Source: Octopus vulgaris
Lineage: Eukaryota
Reading direction: 5' to 3'
NCBI GenBank assembly: GCA_951406725.2
Contig: OX597827.1
Location: 22,196,001 to 22,260,000, forward strand
Length of the DNA: 64,000 nucleotides
Below the pieces are notes generated by a model. The model did no database searches. It was not told where the DNA came from and saw only the letters and a list, made by a program, of their open reading frames with translations. A program made the position numbers and the translations under genes. Below, in pieces: positions 1-35,179 of this stretch. Positions within the stretch are counted from its first letter, which is position 1. Every line of letters begins with the position of its first letter.

Positions 1-784
1 TGATTTGTTATTCCCTTTCTTTATTTCTACCTGGGGATGATGTCATCAATTGTCCACAGTGGAGCAGTTTCAGGGACTGTTACCCCGTCCCTTAATAGCA
101 GGAATTTCAGCTGAGTTCAGTGAACACTATTTCAGATATTTTCGTGTTAATTCTTGGTCTTTCTGCCCCACTTTCTCTATTTAGTTGTTCTCTTTCAGTT
201 TCCATCCCAAGGCGATGATAGTAGGAGATACTTGCTCAAGGTGCAACTTCTTACCATACAGTCATGCCTGCACCAATTTTGCCTTGTGGACATAGTTTGT
301 TTTGTAAAAACAAGATTAACACTAAGTTTAATTTTCACAACCAGTGAATCATCCTGGTTCACAAAGATGGTGGCCAACAAAAGAATAACTTACCATTCTC
401 AGACATACACGGAATAATGTGAAAATATAAAATAATGAAAAGGGCTGAAAAACAAAACTGAATAGCATGTTTTTCTTGCGTTAGAAAGGGGGCATCTAGC
501 TGTAGAAACCATGTCGAAGCAGACAGTGAAGCCAAGGACAGTCTTCTCACTTGTTGGTTCCTGTCAAACTGCCCAACACATGCCAACAAGGAAAACAGTC
601 ATTAAATGATGATAACGCTGTGTGTGTTTGTATATTCATTAATTTACATGGCATTTCCATGATTGCATGGTTAGATAGATTGTCATGGTCCAAGTTAAAT
701 CCAGTTTGGAGATATTGCTCTCCAGGATGAATCAGAGGTCCACATCTTGTGTTTCATTTTGGCTTTTTACAGCTAGATGCCCTT

Positions 785-1043
785 AGAAGTAAGTAATGTT
801 CCTTCTCGAGCCATGCTAGGCTCATAAGGGCCGGTTTCTCAGTTTCAGTGGCGTAGAAATTCCCCACCTGGACAGGACGCCGGTCTGTCACAGGATTACT
901 CATTTTTGCCAGCTGAGTGGACTGGAGCAACATGAAATGAAGTGTTTTGCTCAAGAACACAACGCATTGCCCGGTCCAGGAATCGAAACCACAACCTTAC
1001 AATCATGAGTTCAACACCCTAACCACTAAGCCACACACCTCCA
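785..1043 (-). mobile_element. tRNA-derived SINE with 12-bp TSD
   Basis: Head GTGGCTTAGTGG (A box) ... GTTTCGATTCC (B box); TSD CTAGATGCCCTT at 773-784 and 1044-1055. Inserted in an older RTE-tail repeat. Confidence 0.85.
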
Positions 1044-1926
1044 CTAGATGCCCTTCCTAACACCAACCACCCTGCAAAGTGCCCTGAGTACATCTTATCA
1101 TGACACCAACAAAAGAGAGATAGTCGTGTCCTCATCAAGTCCTCTCAATCTCACACTTTAGAGTGTAGTGGGTACATTTTCTTGTCACAAGAGATATGGT
1201 GATATCCGAGTAAAGTGTCTTTTTCACCCTTTCTCTTCTCTTACTCACTGGCGATTGTACAGTCTCCTGGTTGAGTTTATGCAGGCACCAGCTGTAGTGG
1301 GGTTGCTTTGTACCATGCAAGATAAAGGAGTTCTCACTACTCTGCGTAAGAGCTGAAACCAATGAAGAATTATAAACAATTGAAATAAAGAATTATTATA
1401 TAAAACAATTTTATTTAAGGTTCCACCTGTAGGTTTTTCAACAGGAATCAAATGTGTATTAGAAATTAAAAACATATTTAGGATTTTCGTCTCTCATTTA
1501 TGTCACTAGCTACAAGCATGGCTGTGTGATGAAGAAGATCGCTTTATGATTATGTAGTCTCGGGATCAATTCCATTGCATGACATCTTGAGCAAATCTTT
1601 TCAATCGTAGCCTTGAACTGATAAATACCTTGTGAGAGGTATTTGTCAGTGAGAGGGAACTGTGTGGAAGCCTGCTGAAAGGAGCATTCTCATTATTGAG
1701 TGATAAACTTAATACATCACCAAGCTGCACAACTCCACCACCTGGCCACTGTGAACCTTTAGCAGGGACCACTCTGTGACGAGTATTCAGTCCAAGTGTC
1801 TAGTTTGAGGGTTACCTGGTTCCACCAGCCTTGGAGGCTCTGGGAAATATAATAGACACTGGTTGTTGATTTGTTGTGTTTCTGGACAGAACACTATATT
1901 GTACATGACCAGTCCAGGACCAAAGT

Positions 1927-3831
1927 TTATGAATAATCTTTGATGACATCTTCACATCCAACCCAAATCTGTTGAGTTTCTGTAGTCAAATGGTTGCTGT
2001 AATGAAAGTTATCCTGCTGGTCATCTTTCAACTTGGATTGATAGTGTTTGATTAGACTTACATATCTACTTCGAATGGCTAATGAACTATTGCTGGGTTC
2101 AAACTGTAACAAGATTTCAGCTGATAAGAGAAGAACCAGGTATGAATGGATGGAATGATCTCCCTTGTTGTCTGTAATGAATTGCAGAACGCTGTCTACA
2201 AAACTGAGGTCGACCTTGCTGTAAAGAACAAAGGTCAACAACAGACTATCGACGACTGATTTGACAAAGATGAACTCAGGATGAAGATTAACAGTTACTG
2301 GTAAGATGTGCTTGACTTGATCCCACGTGGGGCTGTACTGATGGAATATCAGCCTGATTTCTTTAATAAACCCATGGAGGATATTCTTTGTGTCTTCATA
2401 GTGTGATGAACTAAGGTCAGCTCTGTAGAACCACAGCAAAGTGATTAACCAAGCCTCTAGGTTAGCTTCTGGTACAGTGAAACTATGTTTCAATAGATAA
2501 GCTATAAATTTCAAACGGAAGTGCTGTGTCTGAAACCAAACGTGAACAAGATCGAATCCAGCACACCTCCAGATTTCTGTTTGCTGGAAGAAAGACTTCA
2601 TATTTTGAACACATTCTGATACGTCCTGGTAAGGAATCAAAATATACTGTTTAAGTATTTCATGAAGAAATGAAGGGTACAAGCAATAAAGTGATATGGA
2701 ATCTTCTCTAGAGCTGTATTCAGTTGTGTGTCGATGAACACAGTCATAGAAAACAGACAATACATTGAAAATGCTGGCCCCACCACCGCAATGTCTTCTC
2801 ACTGTACTGTTTTTCTCGTCCACAGCTATCATATTCTTAACGACAGAGTGGAATACATTCGAAGTTTCCAAAAATAATTGTGTATCCTCAGCACAGGCTT
2901 TGGGAAGTTGTCTGGAATTCATTATTCTCTCCACGTGTTTCCTACAGTAACACCAATCCAAGCTTGCGCGGATCAACAACAAGATTTCTCGTTCTAAACT
3001 AGGCATATGACTGATCCATAATCTATATTGACTGTAGAAGCTTAGGTACCCGGGAGAAGGCGGATTAGCAGATACGAGGCTACCCGTATATATACTCGAT
3101 TCTAAACTATCCAAGCTTTGGTAAAAGTCTAAGACGACACCCGAACAAGGCTGTGTTGAAAGATAGTCCATGAATGCATCAACCAAAGTCTGAAGGCGTG
3201 GTTGCTGCGAATTGTGCAAGAGATAAACCAATATTGAGCAAACGTCAGAAAGACTGTCAGAAGACATGACTATGCCATTGGGGAGAGGTGTACCATTAAC
3301 AGTATCAATGTTTATCTTAAGGTCCATAATATATTGTCTTAACACTGTTATGGCCTTGTCGCATATTAATTCGGTATGCAAGCCAAGTTGATCATGGAGA
3401 TATTTTCCTTCGGCATCGACATATATCAAGCAGTTTCGAAGTTTTGAGATGACCCACGGATTGGGTCGTATTCCTGTAGGTAGGACATAACCAAAGTCAT
3501 ATGTATTTAAAATACACTCCATTATAAGTCGATTGATGTCTGAATCTAACGTTAAACTATTTACCTGAGTCAAACAGTCTAACAAGCGATAGATATTTTT
3601 CATGTCGTCCGAGAATAACGAACTATCATTAGACTTCTCTGATAAATACTGCTTTAATTGTTGAAGTATTCCTATAATTTCTGGAAATCTTTTAAATAAA
3701 TTATTGTCTGGTTTCGGTATAGTCTCATCGTAAGTGAAATTTAATTGATTCAATAATGTAGTTATCTTGTTTTCCAGGGTTCTATCAATTGACGTCGTCG
3801 CTGACTTCGAAGCGGAACTGACGCCCGCCAT
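1927..3831 (-). CDS. FANCC: Fanconi anemia group C protein homolog, single coding exon, 634 aa
   Basis: Uninterrupted ORF; ATG at 3831 in good Kozak context (aattATGG), TAA at 1927-1929. Collinear motif matches to human FANCC as recalled: FKRFPEI~IERFPTI, NPWV~NSWI, LQTLVDAF~VDPLVEAL, LWISHMPSLEREILLL~LWLRHLPSLEKAMLHL, LPKACA~LPQAAC, VWFQTQHF~SWFLFIHF, LLWFY~LLAFY, LLLTFVLYS~LLLNFLLWA. Confidence 0.85.
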   Translation of the reverse strand: MAGVSSASKSATTSIDRTLENKITTLLNQLNFTYDETIPKPDNNLFKRFPEIIGILQQLKQYLSEKSNDSSLFSDDMKNIYRLLDCLTQVNSLTLDSDINRLIMECILNTYDFGYVLPTGIRPNPWVISKLRNCLIYVDAEGKYLHDQLGLHTELICDKAITVLRQYIMDLKINIDTVNGTPLPNGIVMSSDSLSDVCSILVYLLHNSQQPRLQTLVDAFMDYLSTQPCSGVVLDFYQSLDSLESSIYTGSLVSANPPSPGYLSFYSQYRLWISHMPSLEREILLLIRASLDWCYCRKHVERIMNSRQLPKACAEDTQLFLETSNVFHSVVKNMIAVDEKNSTVRRHCGGGASIFNVLSVFYDCVHRHTTEYSSREDSISLYCLYPSFLHEILKQYILIPYQDVSECVQNMKSFFQQTEIWRCAGFDLVHVWFQTQHFRLKFIAYLLKHSFTVPEANLEAWLITLLWFYRADLSSSHYEDTKNILHGFIKEIRLIFHQYSPTWDQVKHILPVTVNLHPEFIFVKSVVDSLLLTFVLYSKVDLSFVDSVLQFITDNKGDHSIHSYLVLLLSAEILLQFEPSNSSLAIRSRYVSLIKHYQSKLKDDQQDNFHYSNHLTTETQQIWVGCEDVIKDYS

Positions 3832-3839
3832 AATTGTCA

Positions 3840-4781
3840 CGGTAACCGATGGCTTGGGATCGGAGCAAAAATAGTTTCGTATTCCCCACCCGTCACATCT
3901 GGTTAAGTTACTTTAACGTAATCTAACAGTTTCATTTATGGTCGAAAATACTGCTTAATTAATCTGGTTTAAGTTAATTTGTAATAAAAACGCAGTGGAA
4001 TATTGCTAACACTAACAAGATTACAACACGTAAAGAGATTAAAAGTAAATAGTTTACTACATTTGCCAAGACACCGTCTTTTAAGCTGAATGTTGCAAAC
4101 TTTTTTTAAAGTTTATTCTTTTCACAAATGCAATTTAAAGCAAATTTAATTATATAAATCTGCTTTAAAATATAATTTAATAGAAAACAAAAAAAAATAA
4201 TAAAATAAAACGCATTTGAATACGAAAGTACGGATTAACAACTGTATTATTGTTCATGACAGCTCTGCAATGGCTAAAGTACCCCAGCTTGGAGCGAACA
4301 TGAACACGGCAGTCCGGCACTTCTGTTCGACCACTGTCAATGCGAAACGTCATATAAAAACTATGTAAGCCCATCATTTAAACAGACATTATCAACTTGT
4401 TGGCCATTGACATCAAATGACAGCGTCCTTCAGTTTAATTATTGGTGTATTGTAAGCAAGTGAGCCGTACCCTTAACTTTTACAGATCCTTGTAAGGCCC
4501 GGTTATTTGTGGGTTTCCATCTGCTGCCCATTCCGCTTCTCTCTTGGTACACGTATTCCCTTTAGTCATTTCGTCTACAGGTGACCAGGGTGGATATTAT
4601 TCTCATTCTTTTTCCTTCTAAAACTTTCAGGTTTTTCGATTCTAGGCCCTGCTTCCACCTTCAGAACTTTTTGCCCTGTCAAAAGAATTGAATTGGAAAT
4701 TAACTATTGAGTCAAAACTCCTAATTTCTTCAGAAGTATATACTTCAAGCGTCGTAGATTACGATTCTGCAAACACACACG

Positions 4782-4829
<48 letters not shown>

Positions 4830-5160
4830 TATGTACTTCGTTTTCCCATAATTTTCTTGTTTTGGTTTTCATTTCAATACCTTTTTCAGCATTTCAGACG
4901 ATAATTTTTAAAAAATAGACGTAATTCTTTAAAACATAAATCTGGGAGAGAAAAAACGGGGGAAGCAGGCAAAAGATTGCTCATCCCGCCCAAACTTCAG
5001 TATCGTTACCATTGTTGTTTCAAACATACTCATCTGAAGAAATTAGGGTTTTTCGTTCATTAATAATTTCTGATTCTATAGGTGCCCCAACTCGTCCTCA
5101 ACAATTTATGTTTTTAAAAATAATAATAATGACCTTGGTGAGTCGGAATCGTACCGTTGC
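3840..5160. promoter_or_regulatory. CpG-enriched region between divergent FANCC and NMNAT; candidate shared promoter and NMNAT 5' UTR exons
   Basis: Visibly more CpG than the flanks. Plus-strand candidate noncoding exon at about 5083-5136 (ctatag|GTGCCC...CCTTG|gtgagt). TSS not determinable from sequence. Confidence 0.4.
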
Positions 5161-5909
5161 TTCTCTGTTCACTTAACCATAGTTTACACCTCTAATGCAC
5201 TCAATACATTGTAAAGCGGTTGATGTATATAAAAAATTATATACCTCAACTTCACTTAAACATTTTTGTCCTTTGGTGTCAAAGTTTTCATTGCTCAAAA
5301 CTGCAGCCTGTTCACTGACAAAAATTGTGCTATATACACATGTATGTATATATAAGAATATAAGAAAAATATTTTAAAAATATATCAGAACAAAATGGTA
5401 TAGATCTTTTTATCTTTTAGTTGTATCAGTTATTGGACTGTGGCCATGCTGGGGCACTGTCTTGAAGCATTTTAGTTGAATCAATCAATCAAACCTGGTA
5501 TATATTCTTATTGGCCACTTTTGCTGAACTTTCAAGTTACTGGGATGTAAACACACCAACACTGGTTGTCAAGTGGTGGGAGGGGACAACTCAGATAAAA
5601 AAACATATGCACATCTATATATACGACAGGCTTCCTTCAGTTTCCCTTTACCAAATCCACTGAAGAAGCTTTGGTTGGCCAAAGACTATATAGTAGAAGA
5701 CACTTGCCCAAGGTGCCATGCAGTGGGACTGAACCTGGAACCATCTAGTTGGAAAATAAATTTCTTTCCTATAAAATTTTTATATATTATTGGAATGTTA
5801 AATGGACTGAATTTCTGCATGTGTGCCTGAATAGGTGTATATATGTGGGTACATACTCATGTTTTCAGTTTTATTTATGCTGCTTGCATCACCATACCCA
5901 TGTATATAC

Positions 5910-6301
5910 TCTTTACTCTCTTTTACTCTTACTTGTTTCAGTCATTTGATTGCGGCCATGCTGGAGCACCGCCTTTAGTCGAGCAAATCGACCCCGGGAC
6001 TTATTCTTTGTAAGCCCAGTACTTATTCTATCAGTCTCTTTTGCCGAACCGCTAAGTGATGGGGATGTAAACACACCAGCATCGGTTGTCAAGCAATGCT
6101 AGGGGGACAAACACAAACACACACACATACATATATATACATACGACAGGCTTCTTTCAGTTTCCGTCTACCAAATCCACTCACAAGGCATTGGTTGGCC
6201 CGGGGCTATAGCAGAAGACACTTGCCCAAGATGCCACGCAGTGGGACTGAACCTGGAACCATGTGGTTGTTTAGCAAGCTACTTACCACACAGCCACTCC
6301 T
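5910..6301 (-). mobile_element. tRNA-derived SINE, second family, near full length (other copies about 5405-5750 -, 18960-19310 +, 29280-29435 -)
   Basis: Head GGCTGTGTGGTAAG ... GGTTCAGTCCC, internal (TA)/(TG) tract, AAGAGT-type tail; several homologous copies in the window. Confidence 0.85.
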
Positions 6302-6528
6302 ATATATATATAAATTAAAATGAGGGTGAGAAATTAGATATTAATTTAATTAACATCTATTTCACACCAGTGGTCTAGCATATAAAAAAACTGAAGGTTC
6401 AGTAAAATTGTATTATATACATATTTGAGGGAAACCACTATATGGACACCCTAATGCTAGAAATAGATCCGCTATGGTCTAACCACTAAGAAATGTTCTC
6501 AAGAAAAATTTAGCAAAACAACCAAAAC

Positions 6529-6597
<69 letters not shown>

Positions 6598-6792
6598 CAT
6601 GGGTATGGTGATGCAAGCAGCATAACTAGAACTGAAAACATGAGTATATTTTTATTTTTATTCAGCAGAAGCAAGAGAGTGACTCAAGGGCTGAGAGTTT
6701 CGTGCATTGGCACTTATCAAAGTGTCATTGTACAAAACGCATGGGTTCACTCTGTTACTTTTGATAAATATATATGTGTGTATATTATACAA

Positions 6793-6866
<74 letters not shown>

Positions 6867-6894
6867 ATGTGTGATCATCATCGTTCAACCGCTA

Positions 6895-7675
6895 GTGTGT
6901 GACACTTTTTCACACAGCTATCCACATCCATTCTCGCCACATGGCCATACCAGCGTAGTCGTCTCTCTTACACACCACATCTGATGCTTCTTAGGTCCAA
7001 CTTTTCTCTCAAGGTACTAACACTCTGTCGAGTATGCACACTGACATTACACATCCATTGTCGGAGCATGCTGGCTTCATTCCTTGCGAGCTTACGCATG
7101 TCCTCAGCAATCACAGCCCATGTTTCACTGCCATGTAGCATGGCTGTTCGTACACATGTGTCATACAGTCTACCTTTTACTCTGAGCGAGAGGCCCTTTG
7201 TCACCAGTAGAGGTAAGAGCTCTCTGAACTTAGCCCAGGCTATTCTTATTCTAGCAGCTACACTTTCAGCGCACCCTCCCCAGCTATCAACTACTTCTAG
7301 TTTTTCTTCCTGGAATGTGGCGAAAGTTGTTCTCTGCCCATTTTCAGTATTTATTGCTGCTGAGCATCTGCCACATGCAAAAACTATTGCTGCACCTCTT
7401 ATGTGTCCATAGCTTACACTTGGTGCATCTTATAGAGTTTCTACCTACGTCTTTAGGGCCATCTACCTGAAGGGATTTGTGGTTTGCCTGTCTTCCTACT
7501 TATTAGGACTTTGGTTTTAGCTAGGTTGATTCTAAGGCCCTTCGATTCTAATCCTTGTTTCCACACTTGAAACTTCTCCTCTAGTTCTGATAGTGACTCA
7601 GCAATTAGAGCAAGGTCGTCAGCATAGAGGAGCTCCCAGGGGCAACCTGTCTTGAATTCCTCTGTTATTGCCTCT
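6895..7675 (-). mobile_element. RTE-clade LINE fragment (RT region, deleted)
   Basis: ELLYADDLALI...KGLRINLAKTKV and KGRLYDTCVRTAMLHGSETW; highly similar to 12553-13240. Confidence 0.9.
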
Positions 7676-7708
7676 GTGTATGTTTGTGTATATAAATATA
7701 TATATGTA

Positions 7709-7739
<31 letters not shown>

Positions 7740-8387
7740 GGTCAGAATACAGTTTGCAAAATTAACATTCTGGAGCCTATACAAATGTATTTAAGGCATA
7801 AATTTTAGGCATCTCCCTACAGTTGTAAATTGTAAAACACAACCGTCACCACTGCTACATGAACCTGAAAATTGCTTAGTTTAATGAATGGACTTTTAAT
7901 ATTCTATCATTTCATTATGTTATATTATTATCAGATTGTAAATAGAAGTTGGAATTTCTTTGAGTAATATATACACACACACACACAGAAGTGTGCAGTT
8001 CCCAGACTTTGTTTCCTCATAACTTTCAGAAAAATGGTAGTTTTCCTCCTCACACTTCATATCCATATGAATTCCCCGCCCCCTCCTCAAGTTTGGCAGC
8101 TCTTATTTTTTATTTCTTCTCAAACACTGTGTGTGTGTGTGGGGGGGGGGGGGCTTACGTCTAAGAGAGCTAACTCCTGCCAAACTTCTCGGTACCAAAA
8201 GTAAAACTATGTTCGGTAAATTTCCAAGAAATCCATTACACACCACTGTATTCCATTTCTAGTTTTCAGTCTTCCGTTTTCTCCTGTCCAGGTTTAACAG
8301 ATAATTTGTCACTTGAAGTAGTTCTACAAACTGTGAGTGAATTGATTTTCTAGGTCGTACGTACATCCTCGTGTTTACGTGTGTATT

Positions 8388-8505
8388 CAGGGTGGGACAA
8401 AATGATTTGACACCTTTGTAGGTTTAATAACATTTTTTCCCCTTCTTTTCTCTATTTCGCTTTTATTAAACCTACAAATCAGTCAGGTCATTTTGCAATA
8501 CCCTG
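8388..8505. mobile_element. Small Tc1/mariner-type MITE about 250 bp upstream of the NMNAT ATG
   Basis: CAGGGT...TTTGTAGGTTTAATAA / TTATTAAACCTACAAA...ACCCTG inverted ends. Confidence 0.6.
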
Positions 8506-8760
8506 TAACTCTAAGCTGAAACTAGAGAAAAAAAAAAAAAAAACTTTGAAGTTTCTTTGAATTTATCGCAGCTGAAATAAGTATTCTCAACTCTCTAAAT
8601 ATATTCTTTTCACTGACTTGTAAAGTTAGTTGTACCAATCACATAAATTTATGTCACGATTAATGTAAAGTAAGGTTTCTTGTAATCGAAATTTAAGGTC
8701 TCTATATATATATATGTATGTATGTATTCCTCTTGTTTGTGAATTAGGTACAGAACGAAG

Positions 8761-31320
<22,560 letters not shown>

Positions 31321-31799
31321 GAGACTTTCCTGATTTCACAATCTTCACATTCTATTTACTTTGTTTCTCTGCCACATTTCATAACACACACACACTCTTG
31401 TCATATTCCACAATCCTCATTCTGTAGAACTCAAATTTCACAACCCATAATTTCCAATTCCCAACTCCAATAATGTCCTCATTGTTATTTTACATCTGCA
31501 TACCATTGCTGGCATGGGTTAGCATAGGTTATTTGCAACCCCAGTCAGTTCTCTTCGACAGGATGGGGACCATGTCTCACTCATACATTCTATTGTTTAA
31601 CGCAGTTTCTAAGGTTGAATGCCTTTCCTCACACCAACCCCTCTACAGGGCTAATGTGAAAATCCTGTATAAAATGATGGAGCTCTCACTGTCACTAGAA
31701 ATGCTATTAAACCGTGCTACTGACTGAGCAGAATGTTTAGAAAAAAGGTGGAACTCTTTCAAGTAGACCCAACATTAGGGAACAGATAATGAAGTTAAG

Positions 31800-32160
31800 A
31801 GCTAATATAGCGGGAATAGTAAACTTGACTTGACAGCATTCACCCAGGGTGGGTTGAGCTGGCTTCATTCATCCTCAATGCTGCATCTCTCACAAATGCC
31901 GACCAGGCCTGGCAATTTGAGGCTAACGACCGTGTGATCTCCAACCACTCCTTATTCTAGTGGCGAACACCATAGATATGGGGGCCTAAGTTGGGTTCCA
32001 GATCAGACTTGACTGTCATCAGCCAGGTTTTTTGTTGTTCACTACATTGCTTTCGCCAACCCTGAAGGGGAGCTGGGTTTTCTCCTTGTTGACGACGGAG
32101 GGCATGACCCAGCCAACACAGACGTCTCGTTAGGATGACTTGTCGGAGGGAGGTGATTCT
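31800..32160 (-). mobile_element. RTE LINE 3' fragment, different subfamily
   Basis: RRLCWLGHALRR...QKTWLMTVKSDLEP. Confidence 0.7.
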
Positions 32161-32749
32161 GCACTGGTGTCGCACTGAATTGTTGGAGACAAAGTGATGC
32201 CATCGGACACGAGGAAATAGTAGATAAGGATATGAAGGCAGGAATCGTTGCGGAGATGCTGAAGTTGTCTGGCAAAGTAGGACAAATGTTACTGCCTTAC
32301 AAAGTCAAACACGTAATACAGAAAGATATTATTTCTGGTGACTGGTTTAAAGGGCAAAGGAAATGTCCAAGGAACTAAAGAGAGATCAGATTGCTGGAGC
32401 AGAGTTATAGCACAACTGATGAGGTATATTTTTGGTTTTTATAATTGATGCCTGTTCTTAGCTAAGGGAGAAGTTTTTAAGTAAGATCAAATTTCTACTC
32501 AAAGCATTTATTGATTTAGAGAAAGCTTAGTTTCCCTAGTAAAGTGGATACAGGGGCTAGGGTTCAGAATAAATCTTGCAAAGACACTGTTTTAATCAAT
32601 ATATAACGAATGCTGTATATTTGTTTAAATAATTAAAAATTGCCAGTCACATGGCTTGCAGGAGTTTTGTGTGAACTTGTCTGACCATCCATAGGCTTCC
32701 CCTTTGAGAAACACTGATTTAACCTAAATTTGAAATAACAGCAAAAGAT

Positions 32750-32957
32750 AGATTTCGATTGATGTACTTGCGCGTACAAATGCATGTTCCCACGGCTTTA
32801 TCGATCGCATTCTCACCTGGAATCGATTTTTGTAATTTTTTCAAGACTTATACATGCCCTGATACCGTTGGTATCTACATATCAAATTTGAGCCCAATCG
32901 GATGGAGGATGCCCGAGATCCTAGAAGCCACACACAGAACGGATTTTATATAAGAGA
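32750..32957 (-). mobile_element. Non-autonomous Helitron-like 5' fragment
   Basis: Minus strand begins A|TCTCTTATATAAAA...CCGATTGGGCTCAAATTTG, as in invertebrate non-autonomous Helitrons; CpG-rich. Confidence 0.5.
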
Positions 32958-33589
32958 TAATCATTATCGTTAGCAAAAACATTTTCACACCTAGGAACCA
33001 GTTTTCTTGTTTCTTGAGCAAAAAATATAAGGCTTTATAGAATAGAAAAATGTTTGGAGTGCTGTTTTGACATTGTCCCTGCTTCAGAATGTTATTTCAT
33101 TGCTAAATATTTTTAAGTGACCTGAATAAGTAAAAAATCTGGGTTTTTTAAGGTTTGGTGAGTAGGGAAGGTGGAGGTACAACTTCTCAGCGAAAAATGG
33201 ATTTGTTTTCTTGGATTATCTTCAATGAATGTGGCCTTGCATTATTATGTTATGGGATGGTTTCTTTTCTGTTGTACCCACTTCCCTTCTCTATACCCTT
33301 TCCTAATCTGCTTGAAATGATCTTGCACAGTGGACCAAAGTTTATTAAGCGCCAGGGGTAAGTCCCTGGGGCCTTGATGCAGACCCTCTTGTAGTGGGAA
33401 GTCAGAGTATTTGTTTGAAAATATATTACGGTGTCCCTAATAATTATTTATTATTAGAAGCTTTAGTTTCTAATCAGTAATACAGCACCCTACTTTTTGT
33501 ATTGTGTACTTCCTTCATCTTGTCTATGTAATAATTATGTATCCATTTATATTTGGTGTTTGTTTTAATTTTCTTGTTTTTCACCACAG

Positions 33590-33623
33590 AGAAGAAAATA
33601 CACATCAAGCCATATCAACCTAA
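33590..33623 (+). CDS. NMNAT: Candidate NMNAT alternative last exon A (KEENTHQAIST*)
   Basis: Long pyrimidine tract plus accacag; in phase 2 with the donor at 31317; ATTAAA at 33807-33812. Confidence 0.45.
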
Positions 33624-35179
33624 GAACCCAGACACATTCGGAAACATGGCTTCTCCACATATTTTGTTATTTTTTGTTTGTTTGTTTGTTTTGTTTTTGA
33701 TGATGAAAATAACAATAATTTGTGGTGTTACTCCAGCATGGCCTTGAATGACAGCTGTTCAGAAGCACTAAGCTGCTAAAGAGCATAACTATGACCATTT
33801 TCTTTCATTAAATGTTTTTTTTTTTATTGGTGAATGAATGTCATTGATTGAATTGACCCAGTGTATGACTGGTATGTCTTTTGTATCTTCCCTCCCTCTG
33901 CCTTACTAGAATGGGTGGTGAACCTTGATTACATTCAAATTAAGAATTTAGAGATCTACACTCGTTTTCACTCATTGATCTGATGATGACAAGAAAGACA
34001 TGACATGAGAACAGAGTTCCAATTAATCTTACCTGAAATGGTTAAAAAAGCAAAAGAAGCTAATACAGTTTTGTGGGGAGGTGCACTGGATTTAATTAAC
34101 ATATAGATTTGGCTCACACATACACCTGGGGCATCCTCTGAAGATCCTCTTGGGGACTTGGGAAGAAATATTTCCCATATGTTCCTCATGTGTTTCTTGT
34201 TTTTACACATCTGCCACAGTCTTCCACAGCGTCCCTTATTTGTCCCCTGTCTGCACTGGGTACAATATGGAACTTCTACCTGTACCTTTTTTACACATTG
34301 AACAGGGCTGTTTACCTGAACGGAGTCAAGTGCTGACTGGGTTTTCTGTTTTTTTTTTTTTTTTATCTGTTTACCAGAACTTTGCTCAGTTTCCTTCAAG
34401 GTCTTTTGATTCTAGGCTTTTCTGGGAGCTGACTGACAACTGTGCCCCGGTGAACTTGTACCTGCACACTAAATTTGTTTCTTTCACCTTATTGACAACA
34501 TCCCTTCATATTCATTTGCTCCTAGCTTCTGCAACAGATCAGGGAGCAAAGGACCCAGTCAAAGGGCACATTGCACCAGTACAGGAAATGGACTAATGAC
34601 CTTATCAGGAGCTCAACACCTTAATCACTAAGCTACACACACACACACACAACCTGAAGTTAAAAATTTCCTGTGATATTTTCTTGCAATATTTTTTATA
34701 AAGTATTTTACTCCACTGGAGCTTAATTCTAACAACCCCTGCCAGCACAGACGTTGCGTGATGCTGATTACCTTTTCTACCTCTCTTTATTAATCCGCTC
34801 AATTATTATTAAATGCGGGTTTGCTGACAACCATTAATTTTGCGTGGAAAGCAATTTTCTGTTATTTATTACATATTGTTTACTGTCATTGATTAGACAT
34901 AAGACAGTGGATATTTGATAGTTTGGTGTGTGTTTGACAAGGAACTATGTACAGTGCAACTCCAATATTGTGGAGCTCCATGTTATACAGACAGTCTGGG
35001 AATGCATTGCTGGGTCATTACAAACTTCTTTTCTCATTCATGTGGTTCCAGGTTGGATGACACATGCCTTATAAATGAAATTGGGGTAACCTTTCATGTG
35101 GAATGTTCCTTGAATTCAAAAGCATCAGCTGATTCTAATCTAGGGATTGTGTTCAATCAGTTTCTATTCTTGTATGCAG

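Noticed and set aside
1-420. Short ORFs at the window start
   Set aside because: No recognisable homology or consistent splice frame; possibly UTR or intergenic.
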